Shown: in pieces, positions 11,901 through 23,575 of the stretch
Layout: every line of letters starts with the position of its first letter
Numbering within the stretch: the stretch's first letter is position 1
DNA from: Thecamonas trahens ATCC 50062
Taxonomy: Eukaryota > Protista > Apusomonadida
Assembly: GCF_000142905.1 (NCBI RefSeq)
Contig: NW_013657661.1
Span: forward strand, 434,001-498,000
Length of the DNA: 64,000 nt
Direction of reading: 5' to 3'
Made by a program: the position numbers and the translations under genes
Notes under the pieces: generated by a model
Databases searched by the model: none
What the model was told of the DNA's origin: nothing
What the model saw: the letters and a program-made list of their open reading frames with translations, nothing else

Positions 11901-13677
11901 GCGATGTCGACTCCGACAACAAAGCTGACGAGACCAGGCGGGCTGGTTGCGAGCGAGACAACCACGGTCGGGCGCGTACCCGTCGACAGCGTGGACCAGG
12001 GGACGGCGGTAAGCAAGACATGGCCGCATAGGCTGTGGCCGCTCTGCGAGATAGTGCCGGCGAGCAGCGGGTGGCCCGGAGCCAGCGGCGCAAGCGGAAA
12101 TTCGGGGTGCGGTTGGGCTTGCCGGCCATCTTGGCCGGCAAGCGGGGAAAAGGCAACGCCGGCGGTAGTTGCGTCGACGACCACGAGAGGAAAGGAGGTG
12201 CCGGTCGAAGGCACGGCGGAGACATAGAGCGGATCAGAGGTGCCCAGTGGGGGGAGGATGAGCTTGGGCAGTGCATCGGGCTCGCCAGCAAAGGCATCAG
12301 CGGGCGCCGAGAGAGTGATGGTCTGGAAAGCGTTCCAGTTGGATGGCGTGAAGACGAGCGAGACCGGGCCGAGGATGGTGAGATGCGGCCCGCGCGGAGG
12401 GCGCGGGCTCGCCGACGCCGGATCGAGCTGAAAGGTGGCGACGACCGCGACGGTTGGCGGGACGGTGAGTTGGACAAGGAGCCGCAATGACTGGCCTTGA
12501 AGAGCCGGGTCGGGTCGAAGCAAGGGTGGAGAGCGGCGCGCCGATGTCTGCGTTGACGACCATGACGGTCGGAACGAGAGAGCCCCATGTGCCAGCGAGC
12601 GGCGGCGAGGTGGCAAGCGATGGCAACGAGGTGCCAGATGCGTCGCGGATGGGTGGTACGCCGGTTGGCACGACGCGGGTGAGGCCCGGTGTGGCGGTAG
12701 CGCTCAGCGGCGGGTGGGCGTGACCGGACGCAAGGGTGATGGTGAGGGTAGTATTGTCTGGCGACCAGACGGCGGAGAGCGGACTGCCGAGGCATGTAGA
12801 GAGCGGCGCAGGTGTGAGCGGCGGGCCAATGCAGGAGAGAGCGGCATCGATGTCTGCTGTTGAGGAAAGCGGCGGAGCCAAGGTAGGGACGGAGAAAAGG
12901 ATAATGAGCTCGTCAAGCGGCGAGAGGCCTGCGACGACCGGGACCGGGTCGGAGGCAGTGAGGGCGGTGATGACCGGTGCGGCCGAGGACGAGCGCGGTG
13001 CGACGGAGAGTGGGGCAGCGGCGGTGGACTCGGTGGCTGCCAGAGGCGAGGCGCAGAGCGAGAGTGAGCCTTCCATTGTGAGGTCCGCGTGGTACAACCA
13101 GCCGGTGAGAGAGGGAGGGAAAAATGTGAGGCGGTCTGTGCCGGAGTGACAGTGCCCAGAAGCTCGATGTGGCCATTGCACCGGGAGCGACGCGACGACA
13201 AGCGAGCCAGGGATATGTTTGCAGCAGACGGGATTGAGACAACCAGGGCATAAGTCGACGATGGCGCGAGAGGAAGTGCGAGCTGGAGACGATGAGCGGC
13301 AGCAGAGTCTGCAGATTTGGTGACGAGCGGCGAAGCGACGGTTATTGCTTCGCCGAGTTTTGCAAAGGAAGCGGGAGATAGAGAGCTTGCCGAGTAAAGA
13401 GCAAAGCGAGCGGAAGGCGAGCGGAGCGAGGGAAAGAACGAGAGTGCGCAAAGGGAGACATTGCTATGGAGGTGTGGAGGGGGGTCCTGAAGAGAGTGCC
13501 CCAAATTAGCGCCTGCCGGCGTGTTGCCTGTCCTGGCACGTCAGCGGTCTCTCCCAGCGAACAGTCGGTCGGGCGTGGGTTGGCTGTTGGTACGAGACTG
13601 CTGCCGACAACGATGGAGATGAGCAACGAAACCGAGGCGATGACGAGGTATTGGGAACATCTACAACGTAGTGGCAT
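8899..13677 (-). CDS. Large membrane protein: signal peptide, beta-rich ectodomain, Cys-rich region, multi-pass TM domain, disordered tail
   Basis: Pieced from ORFs 12297-13451, 11651-12616, 9975-12029 and 8899-10761, with several frameshifts. Contains LVFTPSNWNAFQTITL, CAPCPSYARCPGG…GYW…CAECAPGFYR, about 7 hydrophobic helices and RYGVLFDLF. The 5' exon structure is uncertain. Confidence 0.65.
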
Positions 13678-13879
13678 GGCGGGGTCTGTGGCGCACAGAG
13701 GGAGAGGCCAGCCAGCCAGGGCTCGACTCAACGTGCGCTCTGCTCACGCGAGGAGTGGTGCCTGGTGCCGGTAGTACGTGCTGCGGGTGTGGGTTGGAAG
13801 ATGGCACGTGCGCGCGTGCCGAAGAAAAAGTAGGTGGAACTATTTGTTTCTATTTTGCCGAGATTCGCCGGGGCCGCCG

Positions 13880-14896
13880 TCAACACGCCGATGCTACCCT
13901 CGCCACCGCGTGCGACTTGCGGCAGTCGGCGCCAAAGGCGCAGTATCCTGCGATAAAGTAGTTGCAGAGCGAGTCGATAAGGCGGACGTGGCCGGGCGAC
14001 ATGGCGGCAGACGGCATGACGCCCGGAATGCAGTGAAGTGGGATGGCAAGGGTGTTGCCCGCGCCGCGATCAGTGCGGCGACGGGCGCGTGAGTTGCGCT
14101 TCTTCTTGCGCAGGCGGAGGAGGGCAGCACCCGGAAGCTTGGGCCGCGGGCGCAGAGTCGGGCGCGGTAGCGGCGGGAACTCACTGGGAGAAGTCAGGCC
14201 TGGTGGGGCGGGGTGTAGGAGCCGCGGCGCGGCGGCGGCGATGGCAGCGGACTTGGCGGCGCGATCGGCAAGGAGCGTGGCGACGACGGCGGCGACCGCG
14301 CCAAACTCGTGCGGCTCGCCCGACACGGCCCCGATGTGGGAAATGGTGCCCGAGACCGAGGCGCCCGAGGCGATGAGCGCAAACGGAAGCCTCGATCCGT
14401 GGCTTCCGAGCAAGCAGTCGCCGAGGAGGCCGGTGTAGACAAAGTTGCCGTCGCGGACAGAGACCTGGCCGGCGAGCTCGAGCTCGACCGGCGCAGCCGT
14501 GAGCGGCGCGTCGAGACCGTAGAGAGTGGCGGAGCCGGTGACAAACTCAGATCCGGGCGGTGCGGCAATGATGTCGAGGCCGGCAAGGACGGCGTCGCGC
14601 AGATCATCGAGCAGGCTCTCGGCCGGGCGACGACGAAAGCTGGCGCCGTCAGCGAGAACAATGGGCGCGTCGAGCGAGGCGGCAACTGCCACGCCGGGAG
14701 CCACCCGGCGCTGGCGGGTGTGAACGAGGTGGACATCGGGCGACGACGGAGTGCGGACCGAGAGAAACTCGCCATCGGTGATGGAGAGGCGCAGGACAGC
14801 GTAGGCCGAGCCGTCGGCGGCCGCCACAAAGAGCTCCTCGGGCGCGAGCGCCGGCGAGATTTCGGGCGCGGAGCACGCCGCGGTGAGCGCCGGCAT
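13880..14896 (-). CDS. Hypothetical protein with a C-terminal CCCH zinc finger
   Basis: 338-aa ORF ending in CNYFIAGYCAFGADCRKSH (C-x7-C-x5-C-x3-H). Confidence 0.7.
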   Translation of the reverse strand: MPALTAACSAPEISPALAPEELFVAAADGSAYAVLRLSITDGEFLSVRTPSSPDVHLVHTRQRRVAPGVAVAASLDAPIVLADGASFRRRPAESLLDDLRDAVLAGLDIIAAPPGSEFVTGSATLYGLDAPLTAAPVELELAGQVSVRDGNFVYTGLLGDCLLGSHGSRLPFALIASGASVSGTISHIGAVSGEPHEFGAVAAVVATLLADRAAKSAAIAAAAPRLLHPAPPGLTSPSEFPPLPRPTLRPRPKLPGAALLRLRKKKRNSRARRRTDRGAGNTLAIPLHCIPGVMPSAAMSPGHVRLIDSLCNYFIAGYCAFGADCRKSHAVARVASAC

Positions 14897-15744
14897 GAAG
14901 GTGGGCGTATTGCGAATCGAGTGGTGTGCGAGCGGGTGCGGAGGGAGTGCGTGTTTTTAATGGAGGAAATGGCGACGTTTCCAAAAATGGCGACGTCAGC
15001 GGATCGGAAGGTTCCGGTTGATCGGAAGAGTGATAGTGAGGGAGATAGGGGGATTATTGTGGTATTGAAAGAGCATACGGGCATGTGCCGTGGGTAGGAT
15101 GAGGGATGGGGGGAGAATAGGGTTTGAGCGGTGTGTATAGGTGAGATTAGGGTGTGGGTGCGGGGAATGGAGTGGCGATGCCGTTGATCAACAAATATAA
15201 TCAAAGTTGATTGGACGTGATGTGGGGCAAATGTGTGTGATGGGAGTTTGCGGCGGGGCGGGACAACCGACGCAAACATCTCCTGCCGCCGGATGAAGTG
15301 GTGCAGGATTGGGGTGGCGGTTAGCTGAGCCGATCGGTTGACTCGCGCATTCGACTGTGGCTGGTTGACTGGTGTGGTGGACCAGATCGTGGCGGCGGCA
15401 GGGGGGGGGGGGGGAAGGGCATTGCCGCTGTCCGATGGTGGTTGAAGGCATGCTGTGGGCGAGATGCAAGACTGAGACCTCTTTGCGGCGTCACTGCGGA
15501 AAGTGTGGAGCGAGTGTGGGATGGGTGTGGGGCGGGTGTGCGATGATCGGTACGGCGGGCAGAGGTGGCCTGGGCGGAGGGGGGGGGGGGTGGTTCGAGC
15601 TAGGTGGCATTTGGCAGGCGAATGGCGCCAAAGGCAGAGCGGCGACGGGTTGGGTCAGACAGGCAGGTAGGAGAAGCGGGCTGCGAAGGACGGAGAGGCA
15701 CCTGTCGCGGCGAGAAAGAGAACGAGAGTGGGAGACGGAGGACC

Positions 15745-18700
15745 ATGGGCAATACAGCGTCGCTTGACGCAGCAGGCGAGTCGCAGCTGACTGGGTTGGC
15801 GGCAGCGGCGTACCAGGGAGACGAAGGGCGGGCCAAGCGACTGATCCGGAAGAAGGCAAAGGTGAACGGGACGGACAAGAACGGACGGACACCGCTGCAC
15901 TGGGCGTGCACGCGGGGGCACCTGGGCATGGTCCGACTGCTGCAGACGCATGGCGCACGGATGGATGTGGAAGATTGGGTCGATGGCTCTACTCCGCTCA
16001 ACAATGCTGTTCACTCGGGATCGGTGCCGACGGTCGAGTACCTGCTCGAGCGCGGCGCACCGGTGAACAAAGTCGATACGCAGGCGCGATCGGCGTTGCA
16101 TTTTGCTGCTCATGGCGGCGATGTTGAGATGGGCAAGCTGCTTGTCTCGCACCGGGCCGATCTGGACCCGGTCGACAAGCAAGGTCGAACGCCGCTGCAT
16201 TGGGCCGTCTTTGCCGGCCATCAGGGCTTTATCGAAATGTTGCTCTCGTTTGGCGCAGATGCCAATGTGGCCGATGAGTGCGGGCGAACGCCAACTATCT
16301 ACGCTGCGCATCTTGGGCATGCCTCGTGCCTGGAGGTCATCATCGAGGGCGGCGGCGACGGCCGTGCCGCCGACGAGCAGGGCATGCGCGCGCTCGACCA
16401 CGCCCGCCACAACAAACACCGCGCGTGTCTGGAGCTCCTCCGCAAGCTCGCCTTTCCGCTGCCTGGCGACGACAACTACGACGAAGAGGTCCGCCTGCTG
16501 AAGGAGGACGAGGCGTCAGCAGCTCGCAAGGCAGCGCGCGGCAAGGCAAGGACCGAAAGCGCAGGTCCAAGTCGAAGCACAGCGGCACGACCAAGTCTGC
16601 CGATCCAGGCCAGAGCGACGAGCTTACTGCTGCTGAAGCCGACGATGGTGCCGTCTCCAACCTTGCGCTTGCCGTCGATGTTGATGTCGACGCGAGCGAG
16701 AGCCACGCCGTGACGCGCCGCCGCTCGCAGAGCAAGAGCAAGAGCAAGAGCAAGAGCAAGAGCAAGGAGAAGGACGTGAGTGGCGACGAGCCAGCAGATA
16801 ACAGCCCCACGTTGCGCAACAAGGCTGTGGCTGCGGATGCGAGACCGGGCGAGCCGCGGTCGCCGGTCTCGCACCTCAAGGGCAACAAGGCGGCGATGAT
16901 CAACTCGCCGCGGCGTGAGGCGAGCCCGGCGGGGACATCACTTCTGGTGGCGCGGTCGCCGACGCCGCGCGTGCGGGCACCGAGCCCGGCTCAGATCCGG
17001 CAAGCGCAGCTCGAGTCATCAGGCGACGGAGTCATGCTCTTTGAAGATTTTTCCGACGAGTACGACGATCTCGACAATGTGGCCATCACTGCGTCGGCGG
17101 CAGCGCCAGTAGCGGTGGTGGCGGCGGGGCCGGGAGCGAGCGGTGCTTCGCACGGCGTCAACGTCATTGCCTCCGAGTCGATGGACGCGCTTGACTTGCC
17201 GCCGCCGGACGGCGGTGCATCGTCGGATGGTGGAGCAGGCTTGCGAGTGTCACCGGTCGAGGCGCTGGTCACCCCGCGACCACACGAGCCGACTGCCGAG
17301 CCACCGGCTGATGCGGTTGTTCCCATCGCGATCGACGTGGCGTCGGCCCAAGAGAACGTCGCCGCGCTGAGAGCCCGCGTCGACGAGCTGCAGACTTTAC
17401 TTGCGGGCGAGCGGGCCAAGAACTCGGAGCTCCAGGCCGCGCTCGAAGACGCGCAGTGGGAGCGGAACAAGGCGCTCAGTGAGGCTGAGGCGAGCAAGGC
17501 CAAGCTGGCGACCGAGCTCGCGCGGATCAAGGCGGTTAAGGCTGGGGCGGCGACTAGTCGCGAGGCGAGTGTGGCCGTCACCGCCGACGGTGTCCGCGCG
17601 CACCCGCTCTTTGTCGAGCTCGAGGAGCAGTACGCCGAACTGCTCGCCAGACACGACGATTTGGAGGAGGCGTTCGAGGCTGCCCGAGTTGGTTGGGAGC
17701 TCGAGCGGTCCGGCCTTCAGGCCAAGGTCCTCAATGCGGCCAAGGCCGACGGGCACGCTGATCTGGTGAAGGAGATGCGGAACTTGCAACGCGAGCTGGA
17801 CGCGGCCGAGGACGCGCTGAAGGCACGGGAGGCGTCGGAGCGGGCGCTGCGGCGGCAGCTGATGGCATCGTCGCCGCCATCGTCGCCAGCTGCCAGCGGT
17901 GACAGCGTCGCCAGGGTCTCACACGATGTTGACCAGCTGCGCGAAGAGCTGGGGGCGGCACAGGCAGCGGCGGTTGAGGCCGACATGGCGCTGTCAGCGC
18001 TCAAGGCCAAGTACGAGAAGGCCAAAGTCTCGGCAACAGAGCTCAAGTCTGCGTACACCTCGCTCAAAGTCAAGCACACGACCGAGGCTGAGACCGCGGC
18101 GGCGCAGATCGCCATGCTTGAGAGTGAGCTGCGGAGCATGGCTGCTGGCGACGGCCGGGCCGCCGCAGACAATAAGGTTGCGCTGCTGGAGCAGGTCCGC
18201 TCGCTACAGGAGCAGGTGACGGCGTCGTCGACTGCGCTTGCCGAAGCGCAAGCCATGCACAAGCTGGAGCTCACCCAGGCCCGCGACGAGGCTGACGGCG
18301 CGCGGACCGACCTTGTTCTGGTCCGCGGCAAGCTTGATGCGGCCAACGCCCAGCTCGCCAAGTATGAGGCCGGCGAAGCCTCGTCGACCGCCGCTGTCGT
18401 CTCGCTCACCCGCGACAACGAGGATCTGGCTGAGCAAGTGGCGGCGCTCAAAGAGGCCCAGGCGGCAGCGTCGACCCGCGCCAACGTTGGCGCTATGCGC
18501 AAGCTCGCCGCCGCAAACGCGCAAATCTCCGAGCTTGAGAACACGGTTGTGGCCGCCGAGCATTCTGCCGAGCAAGCGACTGCATCTGTCGCAACGCTGC
18601 GTGCTCGCGTGTCAGAGCTGGAAGCTGAGCTTGAGAATGCCTCGCGGGCCGAGGCCGAGGTTCAGCAGGCGGCGGAAGTGGAGGCCGGGTTGCAGGCCGA

Positions 18701-21700
18701 GATTGACGGGCTGAAGCGAAAGCTGGCGCGGGCCGAGGCCGAGGCTGAGCGTGTTGCCGAGCTAGAGGCGGAGCTCGACAATGCCAAGGCGACGACCGGG
18801 CGTGGCAGCGATGATGACGACGGCGAGGTGGCCGAGCTCAAGGCTAAGATTGGAGGTCTGGAGCGGAAGCTGGAGACCGAGCTCGAGCGCGGGGCCGAGG
18901 CCGAGGCCGAGGTTCGTACACTCAAGCGCAAGCTCGCACGGGCCGAGGCCGAGGCTGAGCGTGGCAGCGATGATGACGACGCCGAGCTCAAGGCTAAGAT
19001 TGGAGATCTGGAGCGGAAGCTGGAGCGGGCTGACGCGCGAGCGGCCGAGCTGGAGACCGAGCTCGAGCGCGGGGCCGAGGCCGAGGCCGAGGTTCGTACA
19101 CTCAAGCGCAAGCTCGCACGGGCCGAGGCCGAGGCTGAGCGTGTTGCCGAGCTAGAGGCGGAGCTCGACAATGCCAAGGCGACGACCGGGCGTGGCAGCG
19201 ATGATGACGACGGCGAGGTGGCCGAGCTCAAGGCTAAGATTGGAGATCTGGAGCGGAAGCTGGAGCGGGCTGACGCGCGAGCGGCCGAGCTGGAGACCGA
19301 GCTCGAGCGCGGAGCCGAGGCCGAGGCCGAGGTTCGTACACTCAAGCGCAAGCTCGCACGGGCCGAGGCCGAGGCTGAGCGTGTTGCCGAGCTAGAGGCG
19401 GAGCTCGACAATGCCAAGGCGACGGCCGGGCGTGACAGCGATGATGACGACGGCGAGGTGGCCAAGCTCAAGGCTAAGATTGGAGGTCTGGAGCGGAAGC
19501 TGGAGACCGAGCTCGAGCGCGGAGCCGAGGCCGAGGCCGAGGTTCGTACACTCAAGCGCAAGCTCGCACGGGCCGAGACCGAGGCTGGGCGTGGCAGCGA
19601 TGATGACGACGGCGAGGTGGCCGAGCTCAAGGCTAAGATTGGAGGTCTGGAGCGGAAGCTGGCGCGGGCTGACGCGCGAGCGGCCGAGCTGGAGACCGAG
19701 CTCGAGCGCGGGGCCGAGGCCGAGGCCGAGGTTCGTACACTCAAGCGCAAGCTCGCACGGGCCGAGGCCGAGGCTGAGCGTGTTGCCGAGCTAGAGGCGG
19801 AGCTCGACAATGCCAAGGCGACGGCCGGGCGTGGCAGCGATGCTGACGGCGGCGAGGTGGCCAAGCTCAAGGCTAAGATTGGAGGTCTGGAGCGGAAGCT
19901 GGCGCGGGCTCAGGCCGAATCGGCTAGCACCAGGGACAGTCTGGTCGCTGCCGAGGCCAACGTTCGCACGCTGAATCGCAAGCTCGCACGCGCTTTGTCT
20001 GACACCGAGGTGGTGGCGACGCTAGAGCGCGAACTTGCTGCAACCCGGCGTGAGCTGTCGCAGGCTAAGGTCGCTGCCAATCACGCAGAAGAGCTTGAGC
20101 GCCAGTTGGAGGCCACCCAAAACTTTAGCAGCGGCGAGCAAGATATGGCCGAGATCCAGGCTGAGGTCCATGTAGTTCGCCGAAAGCTTGCTCGCGCCGA
20201 GGCCGAGTTGGCGCGAGTCACCAGTGACGAGCAGGAGGCGCGCGCCGAGGCGCGGGCGGGTGCTGTCCGCGCCGCTGAACTCGAGTCGCAAATTGCATCG
20301 TTGGAGAGCTCTCTGGCCCGTGCCGAGGGCGCGCAGCGGGCCGCCGAAGCTCGGTTGCATGACCAGCTGGAACACGAGGCCCACGCTGCCGCCGAGACGC
20401 TGCGTGGTGCTGCGTCTACTGACGCCACGGCCTCGTTGGAGGCGCTTACCGCAAAATCAAGCGCGCTCATGGCCGAGCTGCGGTCAGAGCTGGACAGTGC
20501 CAGGGCCTCGCTCGCCAAGCGTGAACTCGAGCTCCAGCGACTCCGCGCCGACCTGGACGGCACCCGGCTGCGGCTCGAGACAGAGACCAGCGCCCGAAAG
20601 ACAGCCGAGGCCGAGGCCGACGCGGCGCGGCGCGATGCCGACGCATGCCGTACCCAGGCGCAAAAGCTCGAGCGGAGTGTGCTCTCGCTTGAGAATTCTG
20701 CTGCACGGCACGATTCCGGCGATGGGCTCCGAATGGCTCATGCAGAGCAGATGCGCGAGGCCCAAGCGGTAACCGAGCGTCTTGAAGCCGATCTTGCCCG
20801 TGCGAGGACCGAGACTGTATCTGCGCAGCGTGAAGTGTCCAGTCTTTGCGCTGACGCCGACGTGCTGCGGATGCAGCTCGAGGCTGCTGAAGCATCCGCC
20901 GCCACACTCCGGGGCGAGGTGAGCAAGGCCCGCAAGTCGGCACTTGCGGCACAGCAGGCGGCACAGAACTCGGAGCTGCAGCTTGCCGAGGCGGCGTTTA
21001 CGTCGGCGATGAGCGGCCGAGCCGTACCTGTTGTTACCGAGCGCTCACAAGATCGTGCCGAGGCTGTCGCAGCCCGTGACGCTGCGCGCCGCGATGTTTC
21101 GCGCGCCGAGGCTGCGCGCGCTGATGCTGAGCTCGAGCGCGATGCAGCGGTGGCCAAGGTTGGCGTGCTCGAGCGGACGCTGGCAAGCCTGCGGAATCAG
21201 CTGAGCGAGGAGCAGGCGGCGCTGGCGCTGGAGCAGTCCAGAAGCGCATCGCTCTCGGCTCGTGCCAGCTCGATGTCAGCAGCTAACGCTACACTCCGTA
21301 CCGAGCTCGCCGAGTCTGCGGCCACACCGCCAGGCGCGTCGCCAGACAAGGTACGGCTACTGGAGGCACAGCTCGCCGAGGCACGTGCGCGCGCCGACGC
21401 CATCGAGTCTGCGGCGCTGCGCAAGTCGATGGCCGCAGCGTCTGCGGCAGACTCGGCCCTGCATCTCGCCGACACGCTCACTCACTCCAAGGCGCAGCTT
21501 CAGGAGCTGGTAGTCTCGCACGAGGGGACAATTGCGTCGCTGAAGGCGGAGCTGGCGCTTGCCCAGACCCGCGGGCCGGCGTTGGTGTCGGCGTCGGAGC
21601 AGGCCAGCCGGACCCGACGTGCTGGTGCCACCACGGAGAGGCGAATCTCCGAGCTTGAGCTTCAGCTTGAGCATGCCAACACCCGCATCGCGCACCTCAC

Positions 21701-23528
21701 GGCGCACGTTGACCTCCTCGAGGCCGCGGCGGCATCGCCAGTCAAGGCGGCGTCAACCCGTGTCGAGGCCGAGTCGCTAGCGGCAGCACGGGCGTCTGCT
21801 GCGTCGCTGAGGGCCGAGCGGGACGAGCTGGCGGCGTCGCTGGCGGCGTACCAGGCAGGCGCAACGACTGTGACCGAGGCGGCACGGCTGCGGTCCCAGC
21901 TCCAGTCGGAGATTCGCAATCACGCGGCGACCAAGTCAGAGCTCGCCGCATTGCGGGCGACACTGACCTCGCTTGACGTCTCGTTTGCTGCCGACGAGGC
22001 GCGGACGCCGGCGCCTGCCCGGGCCGGAGGCGATCCAGAGCTGGCGGCGGTGACGGCAAACACCCGGCATGAGACTCAAAAGCTCTCGCTCTTACTGGAG
22101 CTCCTCGAGTCAACACGTGTTCAACTCGATGCGGCATGCGCGCGATGCACCGAGCTCGAGGCACTCAACTCGAGCCTCAACGCGTCGCTGCTGGAAAAGA
22201 ACAAGAAGATTGGACACCTTGAGGCAGCCTGCGACGCGCTGCGGGAGCGAGTCCGCTCACTCACCGGCTCGCTCGCTTCGGCCGGTGAGACGTCGTCGCC
22301 GCTCTCGCCAACCAAGCACCGCAAGCTGCGTCATTCCAAGACCCAGACCAAGTCGCGAACGGCCGAGCTGTATCGCGAGTTGAGGGCCGAGCTTGCGGCA
22401 TCGTCGGCGGGGTCGAGCGGGCCCGAGGCTCTGCGATCGGCGCCCGAGTCTGCCGACGTCGCTCACCTCCGCGCCGAGCTCACAGCGCTGCAGTCCAAGG
22501 TAGCGTCAACCGAGGCGCATCTTGCCAACACGCAGCGGCAGTATGCGCATGGCATCGAGGTTGTAGTTTCGGAGCTGGCATCGCTCTCGACAGCTATGGC
22601 CTCGGCGCCGAGTACAGCACAGACATCGTCGCCGGGGCCGGACATATCCGCGCTGGCGGAGCAGATTTCCGCGCTCCAAGCAACCCTCGAGGGCGCGCAC
22701 ATTGCGTACCGTCCGTCACGCGGCCGCACCGGCTCAGACGCCGGCTCGGCGGCGTCGGCCGGGACGATGCACCTCTCGGCGCTCGGATGGAGTGCACCCA
22801 GGGAGGTGCAGACGGCGCGGTTTGCAAACACGTCCAACTTGCCGGACGCGTCTGCGCTGCCACTGCATCACGCGGCGTTTGTGGGGGACAGCACCGCAGC
22901 GAGTGGAGCGCTGGCGCATGTCCACGACCGCGACAACCTGGGGCGGACGCCGCTGCACTGGGCGGCACACGCCGGACACGCCGACGTGGCCAACCTCCTG
23001 CTCTCTGTTCCGGACGTCTTTGTCGACGCCCGGGACGCATCTGGTAAGACTGCACTGTACTGGGCGGCGTATCGTGGGCACGAAGGTGTGGTCGACGCGC
23101 TCCTCCATGGCGGGGCGTCGCCGGATTTGGCGTCGAAGAGCGGCGCTAGCCCGCTGCAAAAGGCGGCCCAGGCCGGTCATGGCGCTGTTGTGCAGCTGCT
23201 GCTGCGGCACGGGGCAGATCCAGCGCCGGTTGACCATGCCGGGACGACGCCGCTTCACGCTGCTGTCCGGCGGGGCCATCTCGGTGTTGTGGAGCAGCTG
23301 GTCGACGGCCTGCTGGGGCAAGCCGAGTACACACCGGCCGCCGGGCTCGACGCCCAGGACGCGCGCGGCGAGACAGCACTCCATGCAGCGGCGCGTGGCG
23401 GCAACGTGCTTGCGGCGCAGATCCTTGTCGGTGCCGGGGCGTCGACCCATGTCCGGAGCAGCTCTGGACGGACGGCGGCCGAAGTGGCCGACGCGCACGG
23501 GCACACGCGGGTAAGCGCCATGCTCTGA
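15745..23528 (+). CDS. Giant ankyrin - coiled-coil - ankyrin protein (~2,594 aa)
   Basis: Starts MGNTAS, then about 6-7 ankyrin repeats (GRTPLHWA). A one-base frameshift near 16545 joins it to the 2416-aa ORF, which has a long Ala/Glu/Leu heptad region and about 6 C-terminal ankyrin repeats. Confidence 0.8.
18711..19910 (+). repeat. Intragenic near-identical tandem repeat, full unit 240 bp (80 aa), about 5.5 copies
   Basis: The LKRKLARAE codons recur at 18711, 18921, 19101, 19341, 19551 and 19740 (spacings 210, 180, 240, 210, 189). Confidence 0.92.
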
Positions 23529-23575
23529 CGCAGCTGGCAGCTGACGTTGTGTATTGGGCGGGGCGCGGCTATCAA

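Noticed and set aside
18662-19870. Long antisense ORFs (this one, 33872-35293, 46022-47680 and similar)
   Set aside because: These are shadow frames of GC-rich genes on the opposite strand, with no motifs of their own.
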